NCBI GenBank assembly: GCA_037142615.1
Contig: JBAXAI010000056.1
Span: 1 to 18,664, forward strand
DNA from: Spirochaetales bacterium
GTDB lineage: Bacteria > Spirochaetota > Spirochaetia > JABEVK01
Direction of reading: 5' to 3'
Length of the DNA stretch: 18,664 bases
Within the stretch, counting starts at the first letter, position 1, and every line of letters starts with the position of its first letter. Shown here one piece after another: positions 1 through 8,502 of the stretch. The position numbers were made by a program, and so were the translations under genes. The notes beneath the pieces were generated by a model. It had not been told where the DNA came from, searched no databases, and was given only the letters and a program-made list of their open reading frames with translations.

Positions 1-2
1 AC

Positions 3-1517
3 GGCGAGGCCTGCTGCGCTAGCCCCACGCTGTTGGGCAAAATTTTGCGCGGTGACTGGGGTTTCGAGGGCGTGGTGGTGAGCGACTGCGGCGCCATCGA
101 AGACCTGCACAACGGCCACCTCATCGACCCCACCCCCGAGGCGGCCGCCGCGCACGCCCTGCGCGAAGGTTGCGACCTCGAATGCGGCTGGACCTACCCA
201 AACCTGAAACAGGCGCTCGCGCAGGGTTTGATCACCGAGGCCGACCTGGACCGCGCGCTGAAGCGCAGCCAGGCCGTGTTGATGCGCTGCGGTTGGTACG
301 ACGACGCACCTGCGGCGCCCGTGCACGCCGATCCGGGGTCGGCTGTTGTCGATAGTCCCGAGCACCAGGCGCTGGCCCTTGAGGCCGCCCGCGCGTCCAT
401 CGTGCTGTTGCGAAATGCGGCAAACTGCCTGCCGCTTGGGGCCGCTGTGAAGTCGATCGCTGTGATCGGACCCAACGCCGACAACCGCGAGATGCTGCTG
501 GGCAACTACAACGGCACGCCTTCGCGGCCTGTGACTCTTCTGGAAGGGTTGCGGAACCTGGCGCCCTCAGGTTGCCGGGTCACCTATGCGCAAGGCTGCG
601 CCCTCACCGCCAAGCTCGACGTGGCGTGGGGAGAACGGCCCGACGGGCTGTTTGCCGAAGCGCTGGCCGCCGCCCAGGGCGCCGAGGTCACCGTGCTGTG
701 CCTGGGCCTCGGTCAAAGCCTCGAAGGCGAGCAGGGCGGCTCGTCGCAAGCCGAGTGGGAAGGAGACCGCAAGTCGCTGGGCTTGCCGGCGATCCAGCAG
801 AAACTGCTCGACGCGCTGGTGGCCCAAGGTAAACCGCTGGTGTTGGTGCTGTGCGCCGGCAGCCCTCTGGCCGTCGATCCGCCGGTTGCGGCTGTTGGGT
901 CGATTTTGCAGGCGTGGTACCCGGGGCAGGCGGGGGGGACGGCGGTCGCCGAAATCCTCTTTGGCGCCGTGTCGCCTTCGGGGCGCCTGCCGGTGACGTT
1001 TCCCCGCTCCGTGGCCGATCTTCCGCCGTTTGTCGACTACAGCATGGAGGGTCGCACGTACCGGTTTGCCACCGCCCGGCCGCTGTACCCGTTTGGCTTC
1101 GGGCTGAGCTACACCCGTTTCGACTACGGACCGCTGGTCCTCAATCGGACCCGGTTGCGCGCAGGCGAGACCGTGACGGCAACGGTCACGGTCACCAACG
1201 TGGGCGTTCGCGGTGGAGGCGAGGTCGTGCAGATATACCTCGAAGACCTCGAAGCTTCGGTCCGGGTTCCCCTCAGGCGGCTTGTCGGCTTTGGCCGTGT
1301 CAGCCTGGAGCCCGGTGCGTCGCAGGAGCTGAGCTTCGAGGTCAGCGTCCGCCAATTGGCGCTGGTGACCGAGGCGGGTGAGCTCGTGGTCGAACCCGGC
1401 TGGTTCCGCCTGACCGCTGGGGGACGCCAGCCCGATGCCCGCAGCGCCATCCTCGACCCGACCCCTGTCGTCGATGCTGAGTTTGAAGTTCTCGAATTGC
1501 AAGGAGTGAACCGATGA
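3..1517 (+). CDS. Glycoside hydrolase family 3 (beta-glucosidase/beta-xylosidase) with C-terminal Fn3-like domain; 5'-truncated by the window edge
   Basis: The frame is open from nt 3 (GEACCASPTLLGKILRGDWGFEGVVVSDCGAI), including the GH3 nucleophile motif VxSD. GH3 C-terminal motifs SIVLLRN, IAVIGPNA, EGDRKSLGLP, AWYPGQAGG, PSGRLPVTF and PLYPFGFGLSYT are present, then Fn3-like GGEVVQIY...LVGFGRVSLEPG. The stop overlaps the next ATG (ATGA). Confidence 0.95.
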   Translation, partial: GEACCASPTLLGKILRGDWGFEGVVVSDCGAIEDLHNGHLIDPTPEAAAAHALREGCDLECGWTYPNLKQALAQGLITEADLDRALKRSQAVLMRCGWYDDAPAAPVHADPGSAVVDSPEHQALALEAARASIVLLRNAANCLPLGAAVKSIAVIGPNADNREMLLGNYNGTPSRPVTLLEGLRNLAPSGCRVTYAQGCALTAKLDVAWGERPDGLFAEALAAAQGAEVTVLCLGLGQSLEGEQGGSSQAEWEGDRKSLGLPAIQQKLLDALVAQGKPLVLVLCAGSPLAVDPPVAAVGSILQAWYPGQAGGTAVAEILFGAVSPSGRLPVTFPRSVADLPPFVDYSMEGRTYRFATARPLYPFGFGLSYTRFDYGPLVLNRTRLRAGETVTATVTVTNVGVRGGGEVVQIYLEDLEASVRVPLRRLVGFGRVSLEPGASQELSFEVSVRQLALVTEAGELVVEPGWFRLTAGGRQPDARSAILDPTPVVDAEFEVLELQGVNR

Positions 1518-2770
1518 ACATCCCCGAATCGCGCCTGTTGCACGCCGCCCTGTTGAACTTCGACCGGGCCTGCACCCTGCTTGGCAACGAGTTCCCGGCC
1601 GACCTGCTGGCCAAGCTCCGCCAGCCCAACGAGCGCATCGAGCTGCGACTTTCGCCCCAGTTTGGCGATGGCAAGATCCACACCATCCAAGCGTACATCG
1701 TGCACCACAGCGACGCGGTGGGTCCGTGCAAGGGAGGCATCCGCATGACTCCGGGGGTCACCCTCGACGACGTGACCGCGCTGGCCATGGAAATGACGTG
1801 GAAGTGCGCGCTCATCGGCGTGCCCTTTGGCGGCGGCAAGAGCGGCATCGTGGCCGACCCGCTGGCCCTCAGCGCCGACGACAAGCAGGTGCTCATCCGC
1901 AGTTTTGCCCGCAACGCCCACCGCAACATCCACCCTCTGGTGTACATTCCCGCTCCCGACATGGGCACCAACGAGCGCGACATGGGGTATATCAAGGACT
2001 CCATCAGCCATTCGCTGGGCTACGCGACCACGCAAGGCAGCTACGTCACAGGCAAGCCCGTCATTTTGGGCGGCATACCGGGACGCAAGGAGGCCACCGG
2101 GCGTGGTGTAGTCCTGTCGACGGCCGAGGCGCTGGGCGGCAGCGTCAAGAGCGCGAGGGTGATCCTTCAGGGCTTTGGCAACGTGGGGGCCGGTGCCGCC
2201 GAAATCTACGCCGAGCTGGGCGCCCGCGTGGTGGGCGTCAGCGACATCGACGTGGGCCTGTACGACGAGAAGGGCCTCGACGTTCCGGCGCTGTTGGCAC
2301 ACGTGAAACGCACCGGCTCGCTGAAGGGCGCAGGACAAGGGCGCGAAGTGGACCGCGACGGCTTGCTGACGCTTCCCTGCGACGTTTTGGCACCCTGCGC
2401 CGGGGCCGACCAGCTTACCGCCGCCAACGCGGGCCTGGTCCAGGCCCAAGTCATTGCCGAGGGCGCCAACGGGCCCACCAGCCCCGACGCCGACGTTATC
2501 CTGCACTCGCGCGGCATCCAGGTGATTCCCGACATTCTGTGCAACGCCGGTGGTGTGTTCGTCAGCTACCTGGAGTACACTCAAGAGACCCAGCAGGAGC
2601 AGATGACCCGCGAGCAGGTGATCGACCGCCTCGACCGCCGCGTCCGCGAGCGCTTCCAGCTGGTGCGCCAGACCGCCGCCGACCGGGGCTTCACACCCCG
2701 CGAGGCCGCCATGTACCTGGCGCTGCAGAAAGTCTGTTCGGCCCACGTGGCCCGGGGGAATCTGCCGTGA
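1514..2770 (+). CDS. gdhA: Glu/Leu/Phe/Val dehydrogenase, glutamate dehydrogenase-like (418 aa)
   Basis: Motifs GPCKGGIR, MTWKCA, PFGGGKSG, IPAPDMGTN, VTGKP..GG..GRKEATGRG, Rossmann QGFGNVG, EGANGP and PDILCNAGGVFVSY. RBS AAGGAG upstream. Confidence 0.9.
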   Translation: MNIPESRLLHAALLNFDRACTLLGNEFPADLLAKLRQPNERIELRLSPQFGDGKIHTIQAYIVHHSDAVGPCKGGIRMTPGVTLDDVTALAMEMTWKCALIGVPFGGGKSGIVADPLALSADDKQVLIRSFARNAHRNIHPLVYIPAPDMGTNERDMGYIKDSISHSLGYATTQGSYVTGKPVILGGIPGRKEATGRGVVLSTAEALGGSVKSARVILQGFGNVGAGAAEIYAELGARVVGVSDIDVGLYDEKGLDVPALLAHVKRTGSLKGAGQGREVDRDGLLTLPCDVLAPCAGADQLTAANAGLVQAQVIAEGANGPTSPDADVILHSRGIQVIPDILCNAGGVFVSYLEYTQETQQEQMTREQVIDRLDRRVRERFQLVRQTAADRGFTPREAAMYLALQKVCSAHVARGNLP

Positions 2771-4824
2771 CGCTTGATGAGTTTGCCCTTGACCTGGTGA
2801 AGTCGGTCACTCCCGACGGGCATTTGTGGGTGGGCAGTGGCCGAACCACCGTGCAGCCGGTGGCCCGTACCGCCGCCGGGGTGGGGGCCTTCTATTCGCC
2901 GCCGGTGGCCGCCCACGGCGTGAGCCTGGCCGTCGTGTTCACCGTCGACGGCTTCACCGTGCCCGACACCGGCAACACCGGCAAGGGCGACATCGGCCTG
3001 CTCTACCAGGGCGGCACGTGGTACCCCGACAAGTTGGTGCGTCACGGCAGCTACCACCACCGTAAAAACGGCGTTTTGCGCTCTTTCGCGGTCGAATCGA
3101 CCCTGGTGCCTTTGGCCGACGCGGCGGGGTACGTGCTCCGGCTGAAGTTGACCAACCGTAGCCCTCAGCCCCTTTCGCTTTCGGCCCATCCGAGGTTGGA
3201 GCCCGGCAAGGTGGAGCTGCGCCCGCTTTCCGACTGGGTGTTCGGCCTGCCCCGGGGCGGTGACCCCCTGGTCGAAACGGCCCCTGGCGCGTGGCAGACG
3301 GCCGGCTACGGACCTCAAACCGAGCTTCGGGTTCAAAGCGAGACCCGCACGGTCGTGGTCTTCCCCGGCGAGTCTCACCTTTCCGAAGTGGTCGTTCTGG
3401 CGGGCCCGCGGACTGCCTCCCGCCTCCCTTTGGTCGACGCCACCATTGCGGCCCGGCGTACCTCCCAGGTCTGGAAGGCCCGGGTGGAACGCTTCACCGC
3501 ACGCCTGCCCGACGTGACCAGCACGGTTCCCGGCCTGGCCGACTACTACCGCCGGTCGGTGGCCAGCGGACTGGTGTGCCTTTGGGAAGATCCTGCCTTT
3601 GTGACCAACCCGTTTTTGGCGACCTGCGGCCTCGACGGAGGCGGCGTCAACACTTACTTGTGGGACCTCGGCGGTTACGTGCCGCAAGCCGCGACCCTGC
3701 TGTTGGGGTCAGACCTCGTGCCCATCGCTCAGGCCTTAGCCCGGGTACCGCTCGAAACCTACTTTTCGATCGCGCCCGATGGCACTCCTTCCGGGACTCC
3801 CTACTCGTACAGCGCCTTCTCGTTCCTGTCGCTCGTGTGGTCCATCAGCTGCCTGGTGGGCCCCGACGAGGCGCTTTACCGCGAGGCCCGGCGGCTGTTT
3901 GAGCTCGCTGAGACCCAGTTTCCCCGGCATCCGGACCCGAAGTTCGCCGACCTGCTCGACTACGGTGAACAACGCAACATGCTCGAAATGCGAGGTGCCG
4001 GGTGGGAGCACCTGGTAGCCAGCCCCAACGCCGAGCGCGCGTGGTGCCTCGACCGCTTGGCCGATCTCGGCTTGCACTTCGGCGCGGTCACCTTGGGCGA
4101 GGCTGCCGGGCTTCGTACCCGCGCCGAGCGCATCCGCCTCGCCATCCGCGAGCACCTTTGGGACCGCGAGCGCGGGGAGTTCAAAAGCGTGTTTCCCGAC
4201 GGTCATGTCGAGTACGCCCGCTCCATCCAGGCGTTCGACGCGCTGCGGGCCGGCGCCTGCGACCCCGAAATGGAGGCGGCGCTGCTGGCGCAAGTCGTCG
4301 ACGGGCAGTACCTCGGCGACTACGGGGCCACCAGCGTGTCGCGTGCCGACACCACGCACTACGAGACCAACGACCCCGACTGGTCGGGGGCGGGCGCCTA
4401 CACCGGCGATCCTCCCGCGCTGGCGCTGACGTTGTACGAGCGCGGGCACGCCGCGCTGGGCTGGGACGTGTTGCGACGGCTCTTCTGGATGGGCCAGCAC
4501 CTGCCGTACTTTCCGCAGGAACACCGCTGCGACACGCCGACCACCGTGGCCCACAAGCGCGCCAACGTCATTTCGGGGCTGGGCGGCGCCGAGGCGCTGA
4601 TCTTCGGCCTCACGGGGCTCCAGGTGGATCTGGGCGGTTCGCTGTCGCTGTTCCCCAACCCGCCTCCGGGTGGCGAAGTGAGCTTTCGCGGGCTGCAGGT
4701 GCGCGGCGCCACGCTCGACGTGGTTCTGCGTCCCGGCCACGCGACCATCACGGTGAACGGCACGGTGGTGCTCGACGGACCTCCGGCGCTTGTGACCTGG
4801 CCGACAGGGAGAGCCCATGGGTAA
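2767..4824 (+). CDS. Putative (alpha/alpha)6-barrel glycoside hydrolase (MGH1/GH63-like or amylo-alpha-1,6-glucosidase-like), 685 aa
   Basis: The likely start is GTG 2767, overlapping the dehydrogenase stop (GTGA); the upstream 347 codons of the tracked ORF look like a shadow frame. Six-hairpin-glycosidase-like motifs YLWD, HLWDRERGEF, YLGDYGATSVS, DPDWSGAGAY and LPYFPQE, with beta-rich N- and C-terminal domains. Exact family and substrate are uncertain. Confidence 0.7.
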   Translation: MTLDEFALDLVKSVTPDGHLWVGSGRTTVQPVARTAAGVGAFYSPPVAAHGVSLAVVFTVDGFTVPDTGNTGKGDIGLLYQGGTWYPDKLVRHGSYHHRKNGVLRSFAVESTLVPLADAAGYVLRLKLTNRSPQPLSLSAHPRLEPGKVELRPLSDWVFGLPRGGDPLVETAPGAWQTAGYGPQTELRVQSETRTVVVFPGESHLSEVVVLAGPRTASRLPLVDATIAARRTSQVWKARVERFTARLPDVTSTVPGLADYYRRSVASGLVCLWEDPAFVTNPFLATCGLDGGGVNTYLWDLGGYVPQAATLLLGSDLVPIAQALARVPLETYFSIAPDGTPSGTPYSYSAFSFLSLVWSISCLVGPDEALYREARRLFELAETQFPRHPDPKFADLLDYGEQRNMLEMRGAGWEHLVASPNAERAWCLDRLADLGLHFGAVTLGEAAGLRTRAERIRLAIREHLWDRERGEFKSVFPDGHVEYARSIQAFDALRAGACDPEMEAALLAQVVDGQYLGDYGATSVSRADTTHYETNDPDWSGAGAYTGDPPALALTLYERGHAALGWDVLRRLFWMGQHLPYFPQEHRCDTPTTVAHKRANVISGLGGAEALIFGLTGLQVDLGGSLSLFPNPPPGGEVSFRGLQVRGATLDVVLRPGHATITVNGTVVLDGPPALVTWPTGRAHG

Positions 4825-6583
4825 CTACGACAAGTTTCCTCGCGTCGAGCTGCCCGATCTGGCCGACCAGGCCTGGGCGGGTTGGCCAGCCGTGGGCTCC
4901 GAAATCGCCCGCCGCGCCCAGAAGCTGCTGGTCGGGGGTCAGACCTCGGCAGCGGGACGGGTTGTGGTTTGCGTCGACACCTACCCCGGCGTGCGCGACG
5001 CCGAATTGCTGGTGGCGCTGGCGCAGGCCTTGCAACCCAGGCTGCTGATCGACGCGGCCCGCGCCAGCAAAAGCCCGGCCGAGGTTTCGGCGATGGTCGA
5101 CCGCGAACTGACCACCGACCGCGTGTTCGGCCTGCTCAGCCGCCGCACCGTGGGCGAGTTCCTCGACCCGGAGGCCTCGGCGGCCGCCAGCCACCGGCTC
5201 GCGACAGCCCAAGGGGTGGTGCTGGTCTACGGCACCGGTGCCAGCCTGCTGTGTACCCCCGACGTGCTCGTGCTGGCCGACCTGGCCCGCTGGGAAATCC
5301 AGCAGCGCTACCGCCGCAAGGAGACCCCCAACTGGCTGGCCGCCAACACCGGCGAAGACGTGCTGCGGATGTACAAACGCGGTTTCTACCTCGACTGGCG
5401 GGTGTACGACCGGCACAAGAAGTCGCTGTTCCCCCGGCTCGACTACGTGCTCGACACCAACCGACCCGGCGACCCGGCACTACTGACCGGTTCGGCCTTC
5501 CGCGAGGCACTGGCGCGCACGGCGCAGCGGCCCTTCCGTGTGGTGCCGTTCTTCGACCCCGGGGTGTGGGGTGGCCAGTGGATGAAGTCGGTGTGCGGCC
5601 TCGACCCGTCGCTGCCCAACTACGCGTGGTGCTTCGACTGCGTGCCCGAAGAAAACAGCCTGGTGTTGGGTCTGGGCCCGGTGACCGTGGAACTGCCCTC
5701 GATTGACCTGGTGTTTGCCCGCCCCGAAGACCTGCTCGGCCCCCGCGTGCACGCCCGCTTCGGCACCGAGTTCCCCATCCGCTTCGACCTGCTCGACACC
5801 ATGGGCGGGGGCAACCTCAGCCTGCAAGTGCATCCGCTGACAGAATATATCCAAGACCACTTCAACATGCCCTACACCGAGGACGAGAGCTACTACCTGC
5901 TCGACGCCGGCGACGACGGCTCGGTGTTCCTGGGGCTCAAGGAGGGCGTGAACCCTGCAGCGATGATGGCCGATCTTCGCGCCGCGCAGGCCGGCGGGGC
6001 GCCGTTCCCCGACGAAGAGCACGTCAACCGCTTCCCGGCCCGCAAGCACGACCACTTTCTGATTCCCGCTGGCACCGTGCACTGCAGTGGACAGGGCAGC
6101 CTGGTGCTCGAGATCAGCTCGACGCCGTTCATGTTCACCTTCAAGATGTGGGACTGGGGCCGTTTGGGAATGGACGGCAAGCCGCGGCCTGTGCACCTGG
6201 ACCACGCCGAGGCCAACATCCAGTGGGACCGCACCACCGACTGGGTGAAGCGCGAGCTGGTGAACCGCATCGAGGTGGTGGCGCAAGGTGATGGCTGGAC
6301 CGAGGAGCGCACCGGCCTGCACGAGCGCCAGTTCCTCGAAACCCGCCGCCACTGGTTCACCGCTCCCGTCGACCACCACACCGGCGGGGGCGTGAACGTG
6401 CTCAATCTGGTCGAGGGCGAGGCCGCCGTGGTCGAAAGTCCCACAGGAGCCTTCGCCCCCTTCGAGGTGCACTACGCCGAGACGTTCCTTGTTCCGGCCG
6501 CCGTCGGGGCCTACCGCATCCGTCCGCTGGGCGAGGCCAAGAACGGCCGTTGGGGCACCGTGAAGGCCTTCGTCCGCGCCTGA
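4817..6583 (+). CDS. Long-form class I mannose-6-phosphate isomerase-like cupin protein (588 aa)
   Basis: C-terminal PMI type I motifs PFFDPGVWGGQW, FPIRFDLLDT..GGNLSLQVHP, DESYY, HFLIPAGTVH, VLEIS and TFKMWDWGR. It carries an extra ~235-aa N-terminal domain and overlaps the upstream gene by 8 nt. Confidence 0.8.
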   Translation: MGNYDKFPRVELPDLADQAWAGWPAVGSEIARRAQKLLVGGQTSAAGRVVVCVDTYPGVRDAELLVALAQALQPRLLIDAARASKSPAEVSAMVDRELTTDRVFGLLSRRTVGEFLDPEASAAASHRLATAQGVVLVYGTGASLLCTPDVLVLADLARWEIQQRYRRKETPNWLAANTGEDVLRMYKRGFYLDWRVYDRHKKSLFPRLDYVLDTNRPGDPALLTGSAFREALARTAQRPFRVVPFFDPGVWGGQWMKSVCGLDPSLPNYAWCFDCVPEENSLVLGLGPVTVELPSIDLVFARPEDLLGPRVHARFGTEFPIRFDLLDTMGGGNLSLQVHPLTEYIQDHFNMPYTEDESYYLLDAGDDGSVFLGLKEGVNPAAMMADLRAAQAGGAPFPDEEHVNRFPARKHDHFLIPAGTVHCSGQGSLVLEISSTPFMFTFKMWDWGRLGMDGKPRPVHLDHAEANIQWDRTTDWVKRELVNRIEVVAQGDGWTEERTGLHERQFLETRRHWFTAPVDHHTGGGVNVLNLVEGEAAVVESPTGAFAPFEVHYAETFLVPAAVGAYRIRPLGEAKNGRWGTVKAFVRA

Positions 6584-6619
6584 GGCACCAACGAGTTTGC
6601 GAAAAAGGCTCAACCCGGG

Positions 6620-6647
6620 GGACACATTTCCGGTCGGCGCGTGTTAC
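6620..6647 (+). promoter_or_regulatory. Candidate ECF-sigma-type promoter of the ECF/caspase operon
   Basis: GGACAC-N16-TGTTAC in the 100-nt intergenic region upstream of the RBS GGAGG (6673-6677). Spacing is ECF-like, but the assignment is inference only. Confidence 0.3.
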
Positions 6648-6683
6648 ATAGAACGAACCGATCGAAAGTTCCGGAGGAAAGTC

Positions 6684-7262
6684 GTGAAAAAGTCCCTGCT
6701 GACCGTCTTCTTTGTTGCCGCCACCCTGATTCCTGGCCTGGCCGCCCAAGAGCTCGTGCAATTGCGCCTGCCAGTGGTGGTATCAACACCGTGGACCGGA
6801 GCTGACTGGTCCCAAAACGCCACCCTCGGCCTGGCCCCCGAGCTGATCTTTGACCAGATCGGTTTTGGTGTCGACGGTGGGGTTCGCTTTACCCGCGACC
6901 TGAGCAAGGCCTGGAGCCTGGACTTCCGCGGGCAGCTGTTCACCAGCTTCCACTTCTTGGGCGTGCAGTCCAACCTCGACCCGTTCGTGCTCGCTGGGCT
7001 CGGGTCCGCAGGCTGGGTCGACCTTACGCACGGGGTTGCCCCCCGGCCTGGCGACAACCTGACCGGTATCGCCCTCGCGCTGGTGCCCTCGCTGGGGGCA
7101 GGTCTGGCCCTCGACCTTGGTGGTCTGGTTGTGGGACTCCGGGCCTTGTGGTTCCCCACCGTGTGGGATATTCCCGCCGCGCCTATCGACAGGTATCTTC
7201 TTGTGCCGGCTGAACTCAGCGTGTTCGTCGCCTGGGCGCTGGCCGACCACGCGAAGTGGTAG
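6684..7262 (+). CDS. Exported hypothetical protein, probable small outer-membrane beta-barrel (192 aa)
   Basis: GTG start after RBS GGAGG. Signal peptide MKKSLLTVFFVAATLIPGLAA. Alternating amphipathic strands GFGVDGGVRF, SLDFRGQLFTSFHF, LDPFVLAGLG, SLGAGLALDL and VVGLRALW. Confidence 0.65.
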   Translation: MKKSLLTVFFVAATLIPGLAAQELVQLRLPVVVSTPWTGADWSQNATLGLAPELIFDQIGFGVDGGVRFTRDLSKAWSLDFRGQLFTSFHFLGVQSNLDPFVLAGLGSAGWVDLTHGVAPRPGDNLTGIALALVPSLGAGLALDLGGLVVGLRALWFPTVWDIPAAPIDRYLLVPAELSVFVAWALADHAKW

Positions 7263-7269
7263 CCGGGCG

Positions 7270-7749
7270 ATGACCGACGTCGAGGCCCTGTACCGGCGCT
7301 ACGGACCCATGGTCCATCGTCGCTGCCGGGCGCTGTTGGGCGAGGAAGGTGCGGCCGACGCTTCGCAAGAGGTGTTTGTGCGGCTGTTGCGCACCGGGAG
7401 TCGGCTCGAAGACCGGGGCCTGTGCAGCCTGCTCTACACCCTGGCGACCCACCAGAGCCTGAACGTGCTGAGGGCCGAAAAGTCGCGCCCGGGCTTTGCG
7501 GCCAGCGATCTGCTCGAAGAAATCGCCTGCCTGGACGAGGGTGAGGACCGCACCCTGGCCACTGACCTGCTCGAACGGGTGTTTCACCAGCATCCAGCCT
7601 CGAGCCGCATGCTCGCCACGTTGCACTGGGTCGATGGCCTGACCCTGGAGGAAACGGCGCAGGCCGTCGGTTTGTCGGTGTCGGGAGTGCGTAAACGACT
7701 GGCCAAACTGAAAGAATCGGGACGACTGCTCAAGGAGGCTCCCCTGTGA
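7270..7749 (+). CDS. ECF-type RNA polymerase sigma-70 factor (159 aa)
   Basis: Region 2: VEALYRRYGPMVHRRCRALLG..AADASQEVFVRL..LYTLATHQSLNVLR. Region 4: LHWVDGLTLEETAQAVGLSVSGVRKRL. ATG 7270 lies just after the upstream stop. Confidence 0.92.
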   Translation: MTDVEALYRRYGPMVHRRCRALLGEEGAADASQEVFVRLLRTGSRLEDRGLCSLLYTLATHQSLNVLRAEKSRPGFAASDLLEEIACLDEGEDRTLATDLLERVFHQHPASSRMLATLHWVDGLTLEETAQAVGLSVSGVRKRLAKLKESGRLLKEAPL

Positions 7750-8501
7750 AAATCAACACCTTGCACGCCGAACAACACCACCTGGGCGAACTTCCCGCAG
7801 GGCTGCAACCCGACTGGACCGAAGCTGAGGCCCAGGCCTCCCACACTGAGCTCGCGGCGGCCGATGAGGCCTACTTGGCGCGATACCCTGCGGACAAGGC
7901 GGCCGCTGCGATCCAGGCTGCACTCGCGGCACCGTCCCCGCAGGCCCGCAGCCAGAGACCTTCGCGGCTGACCCGCCTGACGCTGCGGTTTGCTCCCCTT
8001 CTGGCGGCGGCCGCGCTCATCGTCGGCATCGGCACCGGTCCGCTGCTGGACAGCCTGAACACCGAGCGGACCAAGGGTAGCGCCGCCAATGGTGGCGCCA
8101 AGCTCGCGGTGTACCGGCAAAGCGCCGACGGCGTCACGCTGTTGGCCGAAGGGGCCAAGGCCCGGGCCGGTGACCGGCTCCAGGTGGAGTTTGTCGCGCC
8201 ACTCCGCAGTTGGGTTCTGGTGTTTTCGGTCGACGGAGCAGGGGTTTTGACCACCCACTACCCAGCCGACTCGGCGGCCAGCAAGGCCACGCGGGCCGTT
8301 CAGGTTGCCACTGCCGACACGCTGGTGAATCAGGCCTACGTGCTCGACAACGCGCCGAACTTCGAGCGGTTCTACCTCGTGGTGGCCGCCCACGGGTTCG
8401 ACCTCGCCACGGTTTGGAGCTCCCTGCGGGCGCACCCGCTCGACACCCGTCTTCCCGACGGCCTCATTGCGTATCCTCTGACCCTGACCAAGGAGCCCTG
8501 A
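7746..8501 (+). CDS. Putative single-pass membrane anti-sigma factor with extracytoplasmic (DUF4384-like) domain, 251 aa
   Basis: Coupled to the sigma gene (GTGA). N-terminal helical domain LHAEQHHLGELP without a ZAS HxxxCxxC motif, a basic stretch, then a TM helix FAPLLAAAALIVGIGTG and RTKG. The beta-rich C-domain (RAGDRLQVEF..WVLVFSVDGAGVLTTHYP..AYVLDNAPNFERFYLV) resembles DUF4384. Confidence 0.7.
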   Translation: MKINTLHAEQHHLGELPAGLQPDWTEAEAQASHTELAAADEAYLARYPADKAAAAIQAALAAPSPQARSQRPSRLTRLTLRFAPLLAAAALIVGIGTGPLLDSLNTERTKGSAANGGAKLAVYRQSADGVTLLAEGAKARAGDRLQVEFVAPLRSWVLVFSVDGAGVLTTHYPADSAASKATRAVQVATADTLVNQAYVLDNAPNFERFYLVVAAHGFDLATVWSSLRAHPLDTRLPDGLIAYPLTLTKEP

Positions 8502-8502
8502 C

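Noticed and set aside
1124-2746. 540-aa antisense ORF opposite the dehydrogenase
   Set aside because: Typical stop-poor antisense shadow of a high-GC gene; no independent motifs.
1726-2766. N-terminal 347 aa of the 1032-aa ORF, suggesting a giant protein overlapping gdh
   Set aside because: Arg/Gly/Pro-rich off-frame read of the dehydrogenase gene; protein-like sequence starts at GTG 2767, coupled to the gdh stop.
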